From: Auanema rhodensis
Taxonomy: Eukaryota; Animalia; Nematoda
Direction: 5' to 3'
Assembly: GCA_964057225.1 (NCBI GenBank)
Contig: OZ059899.1
Coordinates: 1,178,001-1,242,000 of the forward strand
Length of the DNA: 64,000 nucleotides
Part shown: one piece after another, positions 11,808-26,900 of the stretch
Layout of the letters: each line of letters opens with the position of its first letter
How positions within the stretch are numbered: position 1 is the stretch's first letter
The notes under the pieces: generated by a model
Databases searched by the model: none
What the model was told of the DNA's origin: nothing
What the model saw: the letters and a program-made list of their open reading frames with translations, nothing else
Made by a program: the position numbers and the translations under genes

Positions 11808-14615
11808 TTGAAAAATGATGCATTAGTGTATGTTGAGTTTCCATGTACACTCAACATTGCTTCCAAAAACATTTTGACAAAAATTTTTTCGAAAAATTTC
11901 AAAATAATTTAGCAAAAAGTAGATGTTTTTAGATTCCATTTTTCAAGGCAAAGACGATGGACAATGTTATTCAACGAAAAAATTAATTCTTCAGGGTGAA
12001 AATCGAGGATATAAGTGTGAACTTATATCAGTTGATATCTCGGTGCATTTTTAAGCTACCGCAAATCTGATAACACAGATCGACGCAGCTTAAAAATCCG
12101 CATCGAATGCACTATACTACATTGAGAAACGCTTAATACACAAATTAGTTATGATCGTTTGAAAAATGATGCAATAGTGTATGTTGAGTTTCCATGTACA
12201 CTCAACATTGCTTCCAAAAACATTTTGACAAAAATTTTTTCGAAAAATTTCAAGATAATTTAGCAAAAAGTAGATGTTTTTAGATTCCATTTTTCAAGGC
12301 AAAGACGATAGACAATGTTATTCAACGAAAAAATTAATTCTTCAGGGTGAAAATCGAGGATATAAGTGTGAACTTATATCAGTTGATATCTCGGTGCATT
12401 TTTAAGCTACCGCAAATCTGATAACACAGATCGACGCAGCTTAAAAATCCGCATCGAATGCACTATACTACATCGAGAAACGCTTGATACAAAAATTAGT
12501 TATGATCGTTTGAAAAATGATGCATTAGTGTATGTTGAGTTTCCATGTACACTCAACATTGCTTCCAAAAACATTTTGACAAAAATTTTTTCGAAAAATT
12601 TCAAAATAATTTAGCAAAAAGTAGATGTTTTTAAATTCCTTTTTTTAAGGCAAAGACGATGGACAATGTTATTCAACGAAAAAATTAATTCTTCAGGGTG
12701 AAAATCGAGGATATAAGTGTGAACTTATATCAGTTGATATCTCGGTGCATTTTTAAGCTAGCGCAAATCTGATAACACAGATCGACGCAGCTTAAAAATC
12801 CGCATCGAATGCACTATACTACATCGAGAAACGCTCGATACAAAAATTAGTTATGATCGTTTGAAAAATGATGCATTAGTGTATGTTGAGTTCCCATGTA
12901 CACTCAACATTGCTTCCAAAAACATTTTGACAAAAATTTTTTCGAAAAATTTCAAAATAATTTAGCAAAAAGTAGATGTTTTTAGATTCCATTTTTCAAG
13001 GCAAAGACGATAGACAATGTTATTCAACAAAAAAATTAATTCTTCAGGGTGAAAATCGAGAATATAAGTGTGAACTTATATCAGTTGATATCTCGGTGCA
13101 TTTTTAAGCTAGCGCAAATCTGATAACACAGATCGACGCAGCTTAAAAATCCGCATCGAATGCACTATACTACATTGAGAAACGCTTAATACAAAAATTA
13201 GTTATGATCGTTTGAAAAATGATGCATTAGTGTATGTTGAGTTTCCATGTACACTCAACATTGCTTCCAAAAACATTTTGACAAAAATTTTTTCGAAAAA
13301 TTTCAAAATAATTTAGCAAAAAGTAGATGTTTTTAGATTCCATTTTTCAAGGCAAAGACGATGGACAATGTTATTCAACGAAAAAATTAATTCTTCAGGG
13401 TGAAAATCGAGGATATAAGTGTGAACTTATATCAGTTGATATCTCGGTGCATTTTTAAGCTACCGCAAATCTGATAACACAGATCGACGCAGCTTAAAAA
13501 TCCGCATCGAATGCACTATACTACATTGAGAAACGCTTAATACACAAATTAGTTATGATCGTTTGAAAAATGATGCAATAGTGTATGTTGAGTTTCCATG
13601 TACACTCAACATTGCTTCCAAAAACATTTTGACAAAAATTTTTTCGAAAAATTTCAAGATAATTTAGCAAAAAGTAGATGTTTTTAGATTCCATTTTTCA
13701 AGGCAAAGACGATAGACAATGTTATTCAACGAAAAAATTAATTCTTCAGGGTGAAAATCGAGGATATAAGTGTGAACTTATATCAGTTGATATCTCGGTG
13801 CATTTTTAAGCTACCGCAAATCTGATAACACAGATCGACGCAGCTTAAAAATCCGCATCGAATGCACTATACTACATCGAGAAACGCTTGATACAAAAAT
13901 TAGTTATGATCGTTTGAAAAATGATGCATTAGTGTATGTTGAGTTTCCATGTACACTCAACATTGCTTCCAAAAACATTTTGACAAAAATTTTTTCGAAA
14001 AATTTCAAAATAATTTAGCAAAAAGTAGATGTTTTTAAATTCCTTTTTTTAAGGCAAAGACGATGGACAATGTTATTCAACGAAAAAATTAATTCTTCAG
14101 GGTGAAAATCGAGGATATAAGTGTGAACTTATATCAGTTGATATCTCGGTGCATTTTTAAGCTAGCGCAAATCTGATAACACAGATCGACGCAGCTTAAA
14201 AATCCGCATCGAATGCACTATACTACATCGAGAAACGCTCGATACAAAAATTAGTTATGATCGTTTGAAAAATGATGCATTAGTGTATGTTGAGTTCCCA
14301 TGTACACTCAACATTGCTTCCAAAAACATTTTGACAAAAATTTTTTCGAAAAATTTCAAAATAATTTAGCAAAAAGTAGATGTTTTTAGATTCCATTTTT
14401 CAAGGCAAAGACGATAGACAATGTTATTCAACAAAAAAATTAATTCTTCAGGGTGAAAATCGAGAATATAAGTGTGAACTTATATCAGTTGATATCTCGG
14501 TGCATTTTTAAGCTAGCGCAAATCTGATAACACAGATCGACGCAGCTTAAAAATCCGCATCGAATGCACTATACTACATTGAGAAACGCTTAATACAAAA
14601 ATTAGTTATGATCGT
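11808..14615. repeat. Higher-order repeat: two tandem copies of a 4-monomer (1404-bp) unit; dispersed copies at 5841-7244 and 9702-11105, and a partial copy at 18127-19179
   Basis: The same ordered marker set occurs in each copy: TACCG, TACAC, GCAATAG, CAAGAT, TACCG, TTTTAAATTCC, CTCGAT, TTCCCA, AACAAAA. Confidence 0.85.
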
Positions 14616-17600
14616 TTGAAAAATGATGCATTAGTGTATGTTGAGTTTCCATGTACACTCAACATTGCTTCCAAAAACATTTTGACAAAAATTTTTTCGA
14701 AAAATTTCAAAATAATTCAGCAAAAAGTAGATGTTTATAGATTCCTTTTTTCAAGGCAAAGACGATGGACAATGTTATTCAACGAAAAAATTAATTCTTC
14801 AGGGTGAAAATCGAGAATATAAGTGTGAACTTATATCAGTTGATATCTCGGTGCATTTTTAAGCTAGCGCAAATCTGATAACACAGATCGACGCAGCTTA
14901 AAAATCCGCATCGAATGCACTATACTACATTGAAAAACGCTTAATACAAAAATTAGTTATGATCGTTTGAAAAATGATGCATTAGTGTATGTTGAGTTTC
15001 CATGTACACTCAACATTGCTTCCAAAAACATTTTGACAAAAATTTTTTCGAAAAATTTCAAAATAATTCAGCAAAAAGTAGATGTTTATAGATTCCTTTT
15101 TTCAAGGCAAAGACGATGGACAATGTTATTCAACGAAAAAATTAATTCTTCAGGGTGAAAATCGAGGATATAAGTGTGAACTTATATCAGTTGATATCTC
15201 GGTGCATTTTTAAGCTAGCGCAAATCTGATAACACAGATCGACGCAGCTTAAAAATCCGCATCGAATGCACTATACTACATCGAGAAACGCTTGATACAA
15301 AAATTAGTTATGATCGTTTGAAAAATGATGCATTAGTGTATGTTGAGTTTCCATGTACACTCAACATTGCTTCCAAAAACATTTTGACAAAAATTTTTTC
15401 GAAAAATTTCAAAATAATTTAGCAAAAAGTAGATGTTTTCAAATTCCTTTTTTTAAGGCAAAGACGATGGACAATGTTATTCAACGAAAAAATTAATTCT
15501 TCAGGGTGAAAATCGAGGATATAAGTGTGAACTTATATCAGTTGATATCTCGGTGCATTTTTAAGCTAGCGCAAATCGGATAACACAGATCGACGCAGCT
15601 TAAAAATCCGCATCGAATGCACTATACTACATCGAGAAACGCTTGATACAAAAATTAGTTATGATCGTTTGAAAAATGATGCATTAGTGTATGTTGAGTT
15701 CCCATGTACACTCAACATTGCTTCCAAAAACATTTTGACAAAAATTTTTTCGAAAAATTTCAAAATAATTTAGCAAAAAGTAGATGTTTTTAGATTCCAT
15801 TTTTCAAGGCAAAGACGATAGACAATGTTATTCAACAAAAAAATTAATTCTTCAGGGTGAAAATCGAGAATATAAGTGTGAACTTATATCAGTTGATATC
15901 TCGGTGCATTTTTAAGCTAGCGCAAATCTGATAACACAGATCGACGCACCTTAAAAATCCGCATCGAATGCACTATACTACATTGAGAAACGCTTAATAC
16001 AAAAATTAGTTATGATCGTTTGAAAAATGATGCATTAGTGTATGTTGAGTTTCCATGTACACTCAACATTGCTTCCAAAAACATTTTGACAAAAATTTTT
16101 TCGAAAAATTTCAAAATAATTCAGCAAAAAGTAGATGTTTATAGATTCCTTTTTTTCAAGGCAAAGACGATGGACAATGTTATTCAACGAAAAAATTAAT
16201 TCTTCAGGGTGAAAATCGAGAATATAAGTGTGAACTTATATCAGTTGATATCTCGGTGCATTTTTAAGCTAGCGCAAATCTGATAACACAGATCGACGCA
16301 GCTTAAAAATCCGCATCGAATGCACTATACTACATCAAGAAACGCTTGATACAAAAATTAGTTATGATCGTTTGAAAAATGATGCATTAGTGTATGTTGA
16401 GTTTCCATGTACACTCAACATTGCTTCCAAAAACATTTTGACAAAAATTTTTTCGAAAAATTTCAAAATAATTTAGCAAAAAGTAGATGTTTTTAAATTC
16501 CTTTTTTTAAGGCAAAGACGATGGACAATGTTATTCAACGAAAAAATTAATTCTTCAGGGTGAAAATCGAGAATATAAGTGTGAACTTATATCAGTTGAT
16601 ATCTCGGTGCATTTTTAAGCTAGCGCAAATCGGATAACACAGATCGACGCAGCTTAAAAATCCGCATCGAATGCACTATACTACATTGAGAAACGCTTAA
16701 TACAAAAATTAGTTATGATCGTTTGAAAAATGATGCATTAGTGTATGTTGAGTTTCCATGTACACTCAACATTGCTTCCAAAAACATTTTGACAAAAATT
16801 TTTTCGAAAAATTTCAAAATAATTCAGCAAAAAGTAGATGTTTATAGATTCCTTTTTTCAAGGCAAAGACGATGGACAATGTTATTCAACGAAAAAATTA
16901 ATTCTTCAGGGTGAAAATCGAGAATATAAGTGTGAACTTATATCAGTTGATATCTCGGTGCATTTTTAAGCTAGCGCAAATCTGATAACACAGATCGACG
17001 CAGCTTAAAAATCCGCATCGAATGCACTATACTACATTGAGAAACGCTTAATACAAAAATTAGTTATGATCGTTTGAAAAATGATGCATTAGTGTATGTT
17101 GAGTTTCCATGTACACTCAACATTGCTTCCAAAAACATTTTGACAAAAATTTTTTCGAAAAATTTCAAAATAATTTAGCAAAAAGTAGAAGTTTTTAGAT
17201 TCCATTTTTCAAGGCAAAGACGATGGACAATGTTATTCAACGAAAAAATTAATTCTTCAGGGTGAAAATCGAGGATATAAGTGTGAACTTATATCAGTTG
17301 ATATCTCGGTGCATTTTTAAGCTAGCGCAAATCTGATAACACAGATCGACGCAGCTTAAAAATCCGCATCGAATGCACTATACTACATCAAGAAACGCTT
17401 GATACAAAAATTAGTTATGATCGTTTGAAAAATGATGCATTAGTGTATGTTGAGTTTCCATGTACACTCAACATTGCTTCCAAAAACATTTTGACAAAAA
17501 TTTTTTCGAAAAATTTCAAAATAATTTAGCAAAAAGTAGATGTTTTTAAATTCCTTTTTTTAAGGCAAAGACGATGGACAATGTTATTCAACGAAAAAAT

Positions 17601-20600
17601 TAATTCTTCAGGGTGAAAATCGAGAATATAAGTGTGAACTTATATCAGTTGATATCTCGGTGCATTTTTAAGCTAGCGCAAATCGGATAACACAGATCGA
17701 CGCAGCTTAAAAATCCGCATCGAATGCACTATACTACATTGAGAAACGCTTAATACAAAAATTAGTTATGATCGTTTGAAAAATGATGCATTAGTGTATG
17801 TTGAGTTTCCATGTACACTCAACATTGCTTCCAAAAACATTTTGACAAAAATTTTTTCGAAAAATTTCAAAATAATTCAGCAAAAAGTAGATGTTTATAG
17901 ATTCCTTTTTTCAAGGCAAAGACGATGGACAATGTTATTCAACGAAAAAATTAATTCTTCAGGGTGAAAATCGAGAATATAAGTGTGAACTTATATCAGT
18001 TGATATCTCGGTGCATTTTTAAGCTAGCGCAAATCTGATAACACAGATCGACGCAGCTTAAAAATCCGCATCGAATGCACTATACTACATTGAGAAACGC
18101 TTAATACACAAATTAGTTATGATCGTTTGAAAAATGATGCAATAGTGTATGTTGAGTTTCCATGTACACTCAACATTGCTTCCAAAAACATTTTGACAAA
18201 AATTTTTTCGAAAAATTTCAAGATAATTTAGCAAAAAGTAGATGTTTTTAGATTCCATTTTTCAAGGCAAAGACGATAGACAATGTTATTCAACGAAAAA
18301 ATTAATTCTTCAGGGTGAAAATCGAGGATATAAGTGTGAACTTATATCAGTTGATATCTCGGTGCATTTTTAAGCTACCGCAAATCTGATAACACAGATC
18401 GACGCAGCTTAAAAATCCGCATCGAATGCACTATACTACATCGAGAAACGCTTGATACAAAAATTAGTTATGATCGTTTGAAAAATGATGCATTAGTGTA
18501 TGTTGAGTTTCCATGTACACTCAACATTGCTTCCAAAAACATTTTGACAAAAATTTTTTCGAAAAATTTCAAAATAATTTAGCAAAAAGTAGATGTTTTT
18601 AAATTCCTTTTTTTAAGGCAAAGACGATGGACAATGTTATTCAACGAAAAAATTAATTCTTCAGGGTGAAAATCGAGGATATAAGTGTGAACTTATATCA
18701 GTTGATATCTCGGTGCATTTTTAAGCTAGCGCAAATCTGATAACACAGATCGACGCAGCTTAAAAATCCGCATCGAATGCACTATACTACATCGAGAAAC
18801 GCTCGATACAAAAATTAGTTATGATCGTTTGAAAAATGATGCATTAGTGTATGTTGAGTTCCCATGTACACTCAACATTGCTTCCAAAAACATTTTGACA
18901 AAAATTTTTTCGAAAAATTTCAAAATAATTTAGCAAAAAGTAGATGTTTTTAGATTCCATTTTTCAAGGCAAAGACGATAGACAATGTTATTCAACAAAA
19001 AAATTAATTCTTCAGGGTGAAAATCGAGAATATAAGTGTGAACTTATATCAGTTGATATCTCGGTGCATTTTTAAGCTAGCGCAAATCTGATAACACAGA
19101 TCGACGCAGCTTAAAAATCCGCATCGAATGCACTATACTACATTGAGAAACGCTTAATACAAAAATTAGTTATGATCGTTTGAAAAATGATGCATTAGTG
19201 TATGTTGAGTTTCCATGTACACTCAACATTGCTTCCAAAAACATTTTGACAAAAATTTTTTCGAAAAATTTCAAAATAATTCAGCAAAAAGTAGATGTTT
19301 ATAGATTCCTTTTTTCAAGGCAAAGACGATGGACAATGTTATTCAACGAAAAAATTAATTCTTCAGGGTGAAAATCGAGAATATAAGTGTGAACTTATAT
19401 CAGTTGATATCTCGGTGCATTTTTAAGCTAGCGCAAATCTGATAACACAGATCGACGCAGCTTAAAAATCCGCATCGAATGCACTATACTACATTGAAAA
19501 ACGCTTAATACAAAAATTAGTTATGATCGTTTGAAAAATGATGCATTAGTGTATGTTGAGTTTCCATGTACACTCAACATTGCTTCCAAAAACATTTTGA
19601 CAAAAATTTTTTCGAAAAATTTCAAAATAATTCAGCAAAAAGTAGATGTTTATAGATTCCTTTTTTCAAGGCAAAGACGATGGACAATGTTATTCAACGA
19701 AAAAATTAATTCTTCAGGGTGAAAATCGAGGATATAAGTGTGAACTTATATCAGTTGATATCTCGGTGCATTTTTAAGCTAGCGCAAATCTGATAACACA
19801 GATCGACGCAGCTTAAAAATCCGCATCGAATGCACTATACTACATCGAGAAACGCTTGATACAAAAATTAGTTATGATCGTTTGAAAAATGATGCATTAG
19901 TGTATGTTGAGTTTCCATGTACACTCAACATTGCTTCCAAAAACATTTTGACAAAAATTTTTTCGAAAAATTTCAAAATAATTTAGCAAAAAGTAGATGT
20001 TTTCAAATTCCTTTTTTTAAGGCAAAGACGATGGACAATGTTATTCAACGAAAAAATTAATTCTTCAGGGTGAAAATCGAGGATATAAGTGTGAACTTAT
20101 ATCAGTTGATATCTCGGTGCATTTTTAAGCTAGCGCAAATCTGATAACACAGATCGACGCAGCTTAAAAATCCGCATCGAATGCACTATACTACATCGAG
20201 AAACGCTTGATACAAAAATTAGTTATGATCGTTTGAAAAATGATGCATTAGTGTATGTTGAGTTCCCATGTACACTCAACATTGCTTCCAAAAACATTTT
20301 GACAAAAATTTTTTCGAAAAATTTCAAAATAATTTAGCAAAAAGTAGATGTTTTTAGATTCCATTTTTCAAGGCAAAGACGATAGACAATGTTATTCAAC
20401 AAAAAAATTAATTCTTCAGGGTGAAAATCGAGAATATAAGTGTGAACTTATATCAGTTGATATCTCGGTGCATTTTTAAGCTAGCGCAAATCTGATAACA
20501 CAGATCGACGCACCTTAAAAATCCGCATCGAATGCACTATACTACATTGAGAAACGCTTAATACAAAAATTAGTTATGATCGTTTGAAAAATGATGCATT

Positions 20601-20903
20601 AGTGTATGTTGAGTTTCCATGTACACTCAACATTGCTTCCAAAAACATTTTGACAAAAATTTTTTCGAAAAATTTCAAAATAATTCAGCAAAAAGTAGAT
20701 GTTTATAGATTCCTTTTTTTCAAGGCAAAGACGATGGACAATGTTATTCAACGAAAAAATTAATTCTTCAGGGTGAAAATCGAGAATATAAGTGTGAACT
20801 TATATCAGTTGATATCTCGGTGCATTTTTAAGCTAGCGCAAATCTGATAACACAGATCGACGCAGCTTAAAAATCCGCATCGAATGCACTATACTACATT
20901 GAA

Positions 20904-23900
20904 AAACGCTTAATACAAAAATTAGTTATGATCGTTTGAAAAATGATGCATTAGTGTATGTTGAGTTTCCATGTACACTCAACATTGCTTCCAAAAACAT
21001 TTTGACAAAAATTTTTTCGAAAAATTTCAAAATAATTCAGCAAAAAGTAGATGTTTATAGATTCCTTTTTTCAAGGCAAAGACGATGGACAATGTTATTC
21101 AACGAAAAAATTAATTCTTCAGGGTGAAAATCGAGGATATAAGTGTGAACTTATAACAGTTGATATCTCGGTGCATTTTTAAGCTAGCGCAAATCTGATA
21201 ACACAGATCGACGCAGCTTAAAAATCCGCATCGAATGCACTATACTACATCGAGAAACGCTTGATACAAAAATTAGTTATGATCGTTTGAAAAATGATGC
21301 ATTAGTGTATGTTGAGTTTCCATGTACACTCAACATTGCTTCCAAAAACATTTTGACAAAAATTTTTTCGAAAAATTTCAAAATAATTTAGCAAAAAGTA
21401 GATGTTTTCAAATTCCTTTTTTTAAGGCAAAGACGATGGACAATGTTATTCAACGAAAAAATTAATTCTTCAGGGTGAAAATCGGAGATATAAGTGTGAA
21501 CTTATATCAGTTGATATCTCGGTGCATTTTTAAGCTAGCGCAAATCTGATAACACAGATCGACGCAGCTTAAAAATCCGCATCGAATGCACTATACTACA
21601 TCGAGAAACGCTTGATACAAAAATTAGTTATGATCGTTTGAAAAATGATGCATTAGTGTATGTTGAGTTCCCATGTACACTCAACATTGCTTCCAAAAAC
21701 ATTTTGACAAAAATTTTTTCGAAAAATTTCAAAATAATTTAGCAAAAAGTAGATGTTTTTAGATTCCATTTTTCAAGGCAAAGACGATAGACAATGTTAT
21801 TCAACAAAAAAATTAATTCTTCAGGGTGAAAATCGAGAATATAAGTGTGAACTTATATCAGTTGATATCTCGGTGCATTTTTAAGCTAGCGCAAATCTGA
21901 TAACACAGATCGACGCACCTTAAAAATCCGCATCGAATGCACTATACTACATTGAGAAACGCTTAATACAAAAATTAGTTATGATCGTTTGAAAAATGAT
22001 GCATTAGTGTATGTTGAGTTTCCATGTACACTCAACATTGCTTCCAAAAACATTTTGACAAAAATTTTTTCGAAAAATTTCAAAATAATTCAGCAAAAAG
22101 TAGATGTTTATAGATTCCTTTTTTTCAAGGCAAAGACGATGGACAATGTTATTCAACGAAAAAATTAATTCTTCAGGGTGAAAATCGAGAATATAAGTGT
22201 GAACTTATATCAGTTGATATCTCGGTGCATTTTTAAGCTAGCGCAAATCTGATAACACAGATCGACGCAGCTTAAAAATCCGCATCGAATGCACTATACT
22301 ACATTGAAAAACGCTTAATACAAAAATTAGTTATGATCGTTTGAAAAATGATGCATTAGTGTATGTTGAGTTTCCATGTACACTCAACATTGCTTCCAAA
22401 AACATTTTGACAAAAATTTTTTCGAAAAATTTCAAAATAATTCAGCAAAAAGTAGATGTTTATAGATTCCTTTTTTCAAGGCAAAGACGATGGACAATGT
22501 TATTCAACGAAAAAATTAATTCTTCAGGGTGAAAATCGAGGATATAAGTGTGAACTTATATCAGTTGATATCTCGGTGCATTTTTAAGCTAGCGCAAATC
22601 TGATAACACAGATCGACGCAGCTTAAAAATCCGCATCGAATGCACTATACTACATCGAGAAACGCTTGATACAAAAATTAGTTATGATCGTTTGAAAAAT
22701 GATGCATTAGTGTATGTTGAGTTTCCATGTACACTCAACATTGCTTCCAAAAACATTTTGACAAAAATTTTTTCGAAAAATTTCAAAATAATTTAGCAAA
22801 AAGTAGATGTTTTCAAATTCCTTTTTTTAAGGCAAAGACGATGGACAATGTTATTCAACGAAAAAATTAATTCTTCAGGGTGAAAATCGGAGATATAAGT
22901 GTGAACTTATATCAGTTGATATCTCGGTGCATTTTTAAGCTAGCGCAAATCTGATAACACAGATCGACGCAGCTTAAAAATCCGCATCGAATGCACTATA
23001 CTACATCGAGAAACGCTTGATACAAAAATTAGTTATGATCGTTTGAAAAATGATGCATTAGTGTATGTTGAGTTCCCATGTACACTCAACATTGCTTCCA
23101 AAAACATTTTGACAAAAATTTTTTCGAAAAATTTCAAAATAATTTAGCAAAAAGTAGATGTTTTTAGATTCCATTTTTCAAGGCAAAGACGATAGACAAT
23201 GTTATTCAACAAAAAAATTAATTCTTCAGGGTGAAAATCGAGAATATAAGTGTGAACTTATATCAGTTGATATCTCGGTGCATTTTTAAGCTAGCGCAAA
23301 TCTGATAACACAGATCGACGCAGCTTAAAAATCCGCATCGAATGCACTATACTACATTGAGAAACGCTTAATACAAAAATTAGTTATGATCGTTTGAAAA
23401 ATGATGCATTAGTGTATGTTGAGTTTCCATGTACACTCAACATTGCTTCCAAAAACATTTTGACAAAAATTTTTTCGAAAAATTTCAAAATAATTCAGCA
23501 AAAAGTAGATGTTTATAGATTCCTTTTTTCAAGGCAAAGACGATGGACAATGTTATTCAACGAAAAAATTAATTCTTCAGGGTGAAAATCGAGAATATAA
23601 GTGTGAACTTATATCAGTTGATATCTCGGTGCATTTTTAAGCTAGCGCAAATCTGATAACACAGATCGACGCAGCTTAAAAATTCGCATCGAATGCACTA
23701 TACTACATTGAAAAACGCTTAATACAAAAATTAGTTATGATCGTTTGAAAAATGATGCATTAGTGTATGTTGAGTTTCCATGTACACTCAACATTGCTTC
23801 CAAAAACATTTTGACAAAAATTTTTTCGAAAAATTTCAAAATAATTCAGCAAAAAGTAGATGTTTATAGATTCCTTTTTTCAAGGCAAAGACGATGGACA

Positions 23901-26900
23901 ATGTTATTCAACGAAAAAATTAATTCTTCAGGGTGAAAATCGAGGATATAAGTGTGAACTTATATCAGTTGATATCTCGGTGCATTTTTAAGCTAGCGCA
24001 AATCTGATAACACAGATCGACGCAGCTTAAAAATCCACATCGAATGCACTATACTACATCGAGAAACGCTTGATACAAAAATTAGTTATGATCGTTTGAA
24101 AAATGATGCATTAGTGTATGTTGAGTTTCCATGTACACTCAACATTGCTTCCAAAAACATTTTAACAAAAATTTTTTCGAAAAATTTCAAAATAATTTAG
24201 CAAAAAGTAGATGTTTTTAAATTCCTTTTTTTAAGGCAAAGACGATGGACAATGTTATTCAACGAAAAAATTAATTCTTCAGGGTGAAAATCGAGAATAT
24301 AAGTGTGAACTTATATCAGTTGATATCTCGGTGCATTTTTAAGCTAGCGCAAATCTGATAACACAGATCGACGCAGCTTAAAAATCCGCATCGAATGCAC
24401 TATACTACATCGAGAAACGCTTGATACAAAAATTAGTTATGATCGTTTGAAAAATGATGCATTAGTGTATGTTGAGTTTCCATGTACACTCAACATTGCT
24501 TCCAAAAACATTTTGACAAAAATTTTTTCGAAAAATTTCAAAATAATTCAGCAAAAAGTAGATGTTTATAGATTCCTTTTTTCAAGGCAAAGACGATGGA
24601 CAATGTTATTCAACGAAAAAATTAATTCTTCAGGGTGAAAATCGAGGATATAAGTGTGAACTTATATCAGTTGATATCTCGGTGCATTTTTCAGCTAGCG
24701 CAAATCTGATAACACAGATCGACGCAGCTTAAAAATCCGCATCGAATGCACTATACTACATCAAGAAACGCTTGATACAAAAATTAGTTATGATCGTTTG
24801 AAAAATGATGCATTAGTGTATGTTGAGTTTCTATGTACACTCAACATTGCTTCCAAAAACATTTTGACAAAAATTTTTTCGAAAAATTTCAAAATAATTT
24901 AGCAAAAAGTAGATGTTTTTAAATTCCTTTTTTTAAGGCGAAGACGATGGACAATGTTATTTAACGAAAAAATTAATTCTTCAGGGTGAAAATCGAGAAT
25001 ATAAGTGTGAACTTATATCAGTTGATATCTCGGTGCATTTTTAAGCTAGCGCAAATCTGATAACACAGATCGACGCAGCTTAAAAATCCGCATCGAATGC
25101 ACTATACTACATTGAGAAACGCTTAATACAAAAATTAGTTATGATCGTTTGAAAAATGATGGATTAGTGTATGTTGAGTTTCCATGTACACTCAACATTG
25201 CTTCCAAAAACATTTTGACAAAAATTTTTTCGAAAAATTTCAAAATAATTCAGCAAAAAGTAGATGTTTATAGATTCCTTTTTTCAAGGCAAAGACGATG
25301 GACAATGTTATTCAACGAAAAAATTAATTCTTCAGGGTGAAAATCGAGAATATAAGTGTGAACTTATATCAGTTGATATCTCGGTGCATTTTTAAGCTAG
25401 CGCAAATCTGATAACACAGATCGACGCAGCTTAAAAATCCGCATCGAATGCACTATACTACATTGAGAAACGCTTAATACAAAAATTAGTTATGATCGTT
25501 TGAAAAATGATGCATTAGTGTATGTTGAGTTTCCATGTACACTCAACATTGCTTCCAAAAACATTTTGACAAAAATTTTTTCGAAAAATTTCAAAATAAT
25601 TCAGCAAAAAGTAGATGTTTATAGATTCCTTTTTTCAAGGCAAAGACGATGGACAATGTTATTCAACGAAAAAATTAATTCTTCAGGGTGAAAATCGAGG
25701 ATATAAGTGTGAACTTATAACAGTTGATATCTCGGTGCATTTTTAAGCTAGCGCAAATCTGATAACACAGATCGACGCAGCTTAAAAATCCGCATCGAAT
25801 GCACTATACTACATCGAGAAACGCTTGATACAAAAATTAGTTATGATCGTTTGAAAAATGATGCATTAGTGTATGTTGAGTTTCCATGTACACTCAACAT
25901 TGCTTCCAAAAACATTTTGACAAAAATTTTTTCGAAAAATTTCAAAATAATTTAGCAAAAAGTAGATGTTTTCAAATTCCTTTTTTTAAGGCAAAGACGA
26001 TGGACAATGTTATTCAACGAAAAAATTAATTCTTCAGGGTGAAAATCGGAGATATAAGTGTGAACTTATATCAGTTGATATCTCGGTGCATTTTTAAGCT
26101 AGCGCAAATCTGATAACACAGATCGACGCAGCTTAAAAATCCGCATCGAATGCACTATACTACATCGAGAAACGCTTGATACAAAAATTAGTTATGATCG
26201 TTTGAAAAATGATGCATTAGTGTATGTTGAGTTCCCATGTACACTCAACATTGCTTCCAAAAACATTTTGACAAAAATTTTTTCGAAAAATTTCAAAATA
26301 ATTTAGCAAAAAGTAGATGTTTTTAGATTCCATTTTTCAAGGCAAAGACGATAGACAATGTTATTCAACAAAAAAATTAATTCTTCAGGGTGAAAATCGA
26401 GAATATAAGTGTGAACTTATATCAGTTGATATCTCGGTGCATTTTTAAGCTAGCGCAAATCTGATAACACAGATCGACGCACCTTAAAAATCCGCATCGA
26501 ATGCACTATACTACATTGAGAAACGCTTAATACAAAAATTAGTTATGATCGTTTGAAAAATGATGCATTAGTGTATGTTGAGTTTCCATGTACACTCAAC
26601 ATTGCTTCCAAAAACATTTTGACAAAAATTTTTTCGAAAAATTTCAAAATAATTCAGCAAAAAGTAGATGTTTATAGATTCCTTTTTTTCAAGGCAAAGA
26701 CGATGGACAATGTTATTCAACGAAAAAATTAATTCTTCAGGGTGAAAATCGAGAATATAAGTGTGAACTTATATCAGTTGATATCTCGGTGCATTTTTAA
26801 GCTAGCGCAAATCTGATAACACAGATCGACGCAGCTTAAAAATCCGCATCGAATGCACTATACTACATTGAAAAACGCTTAATACAAAAATTAGTTATGA

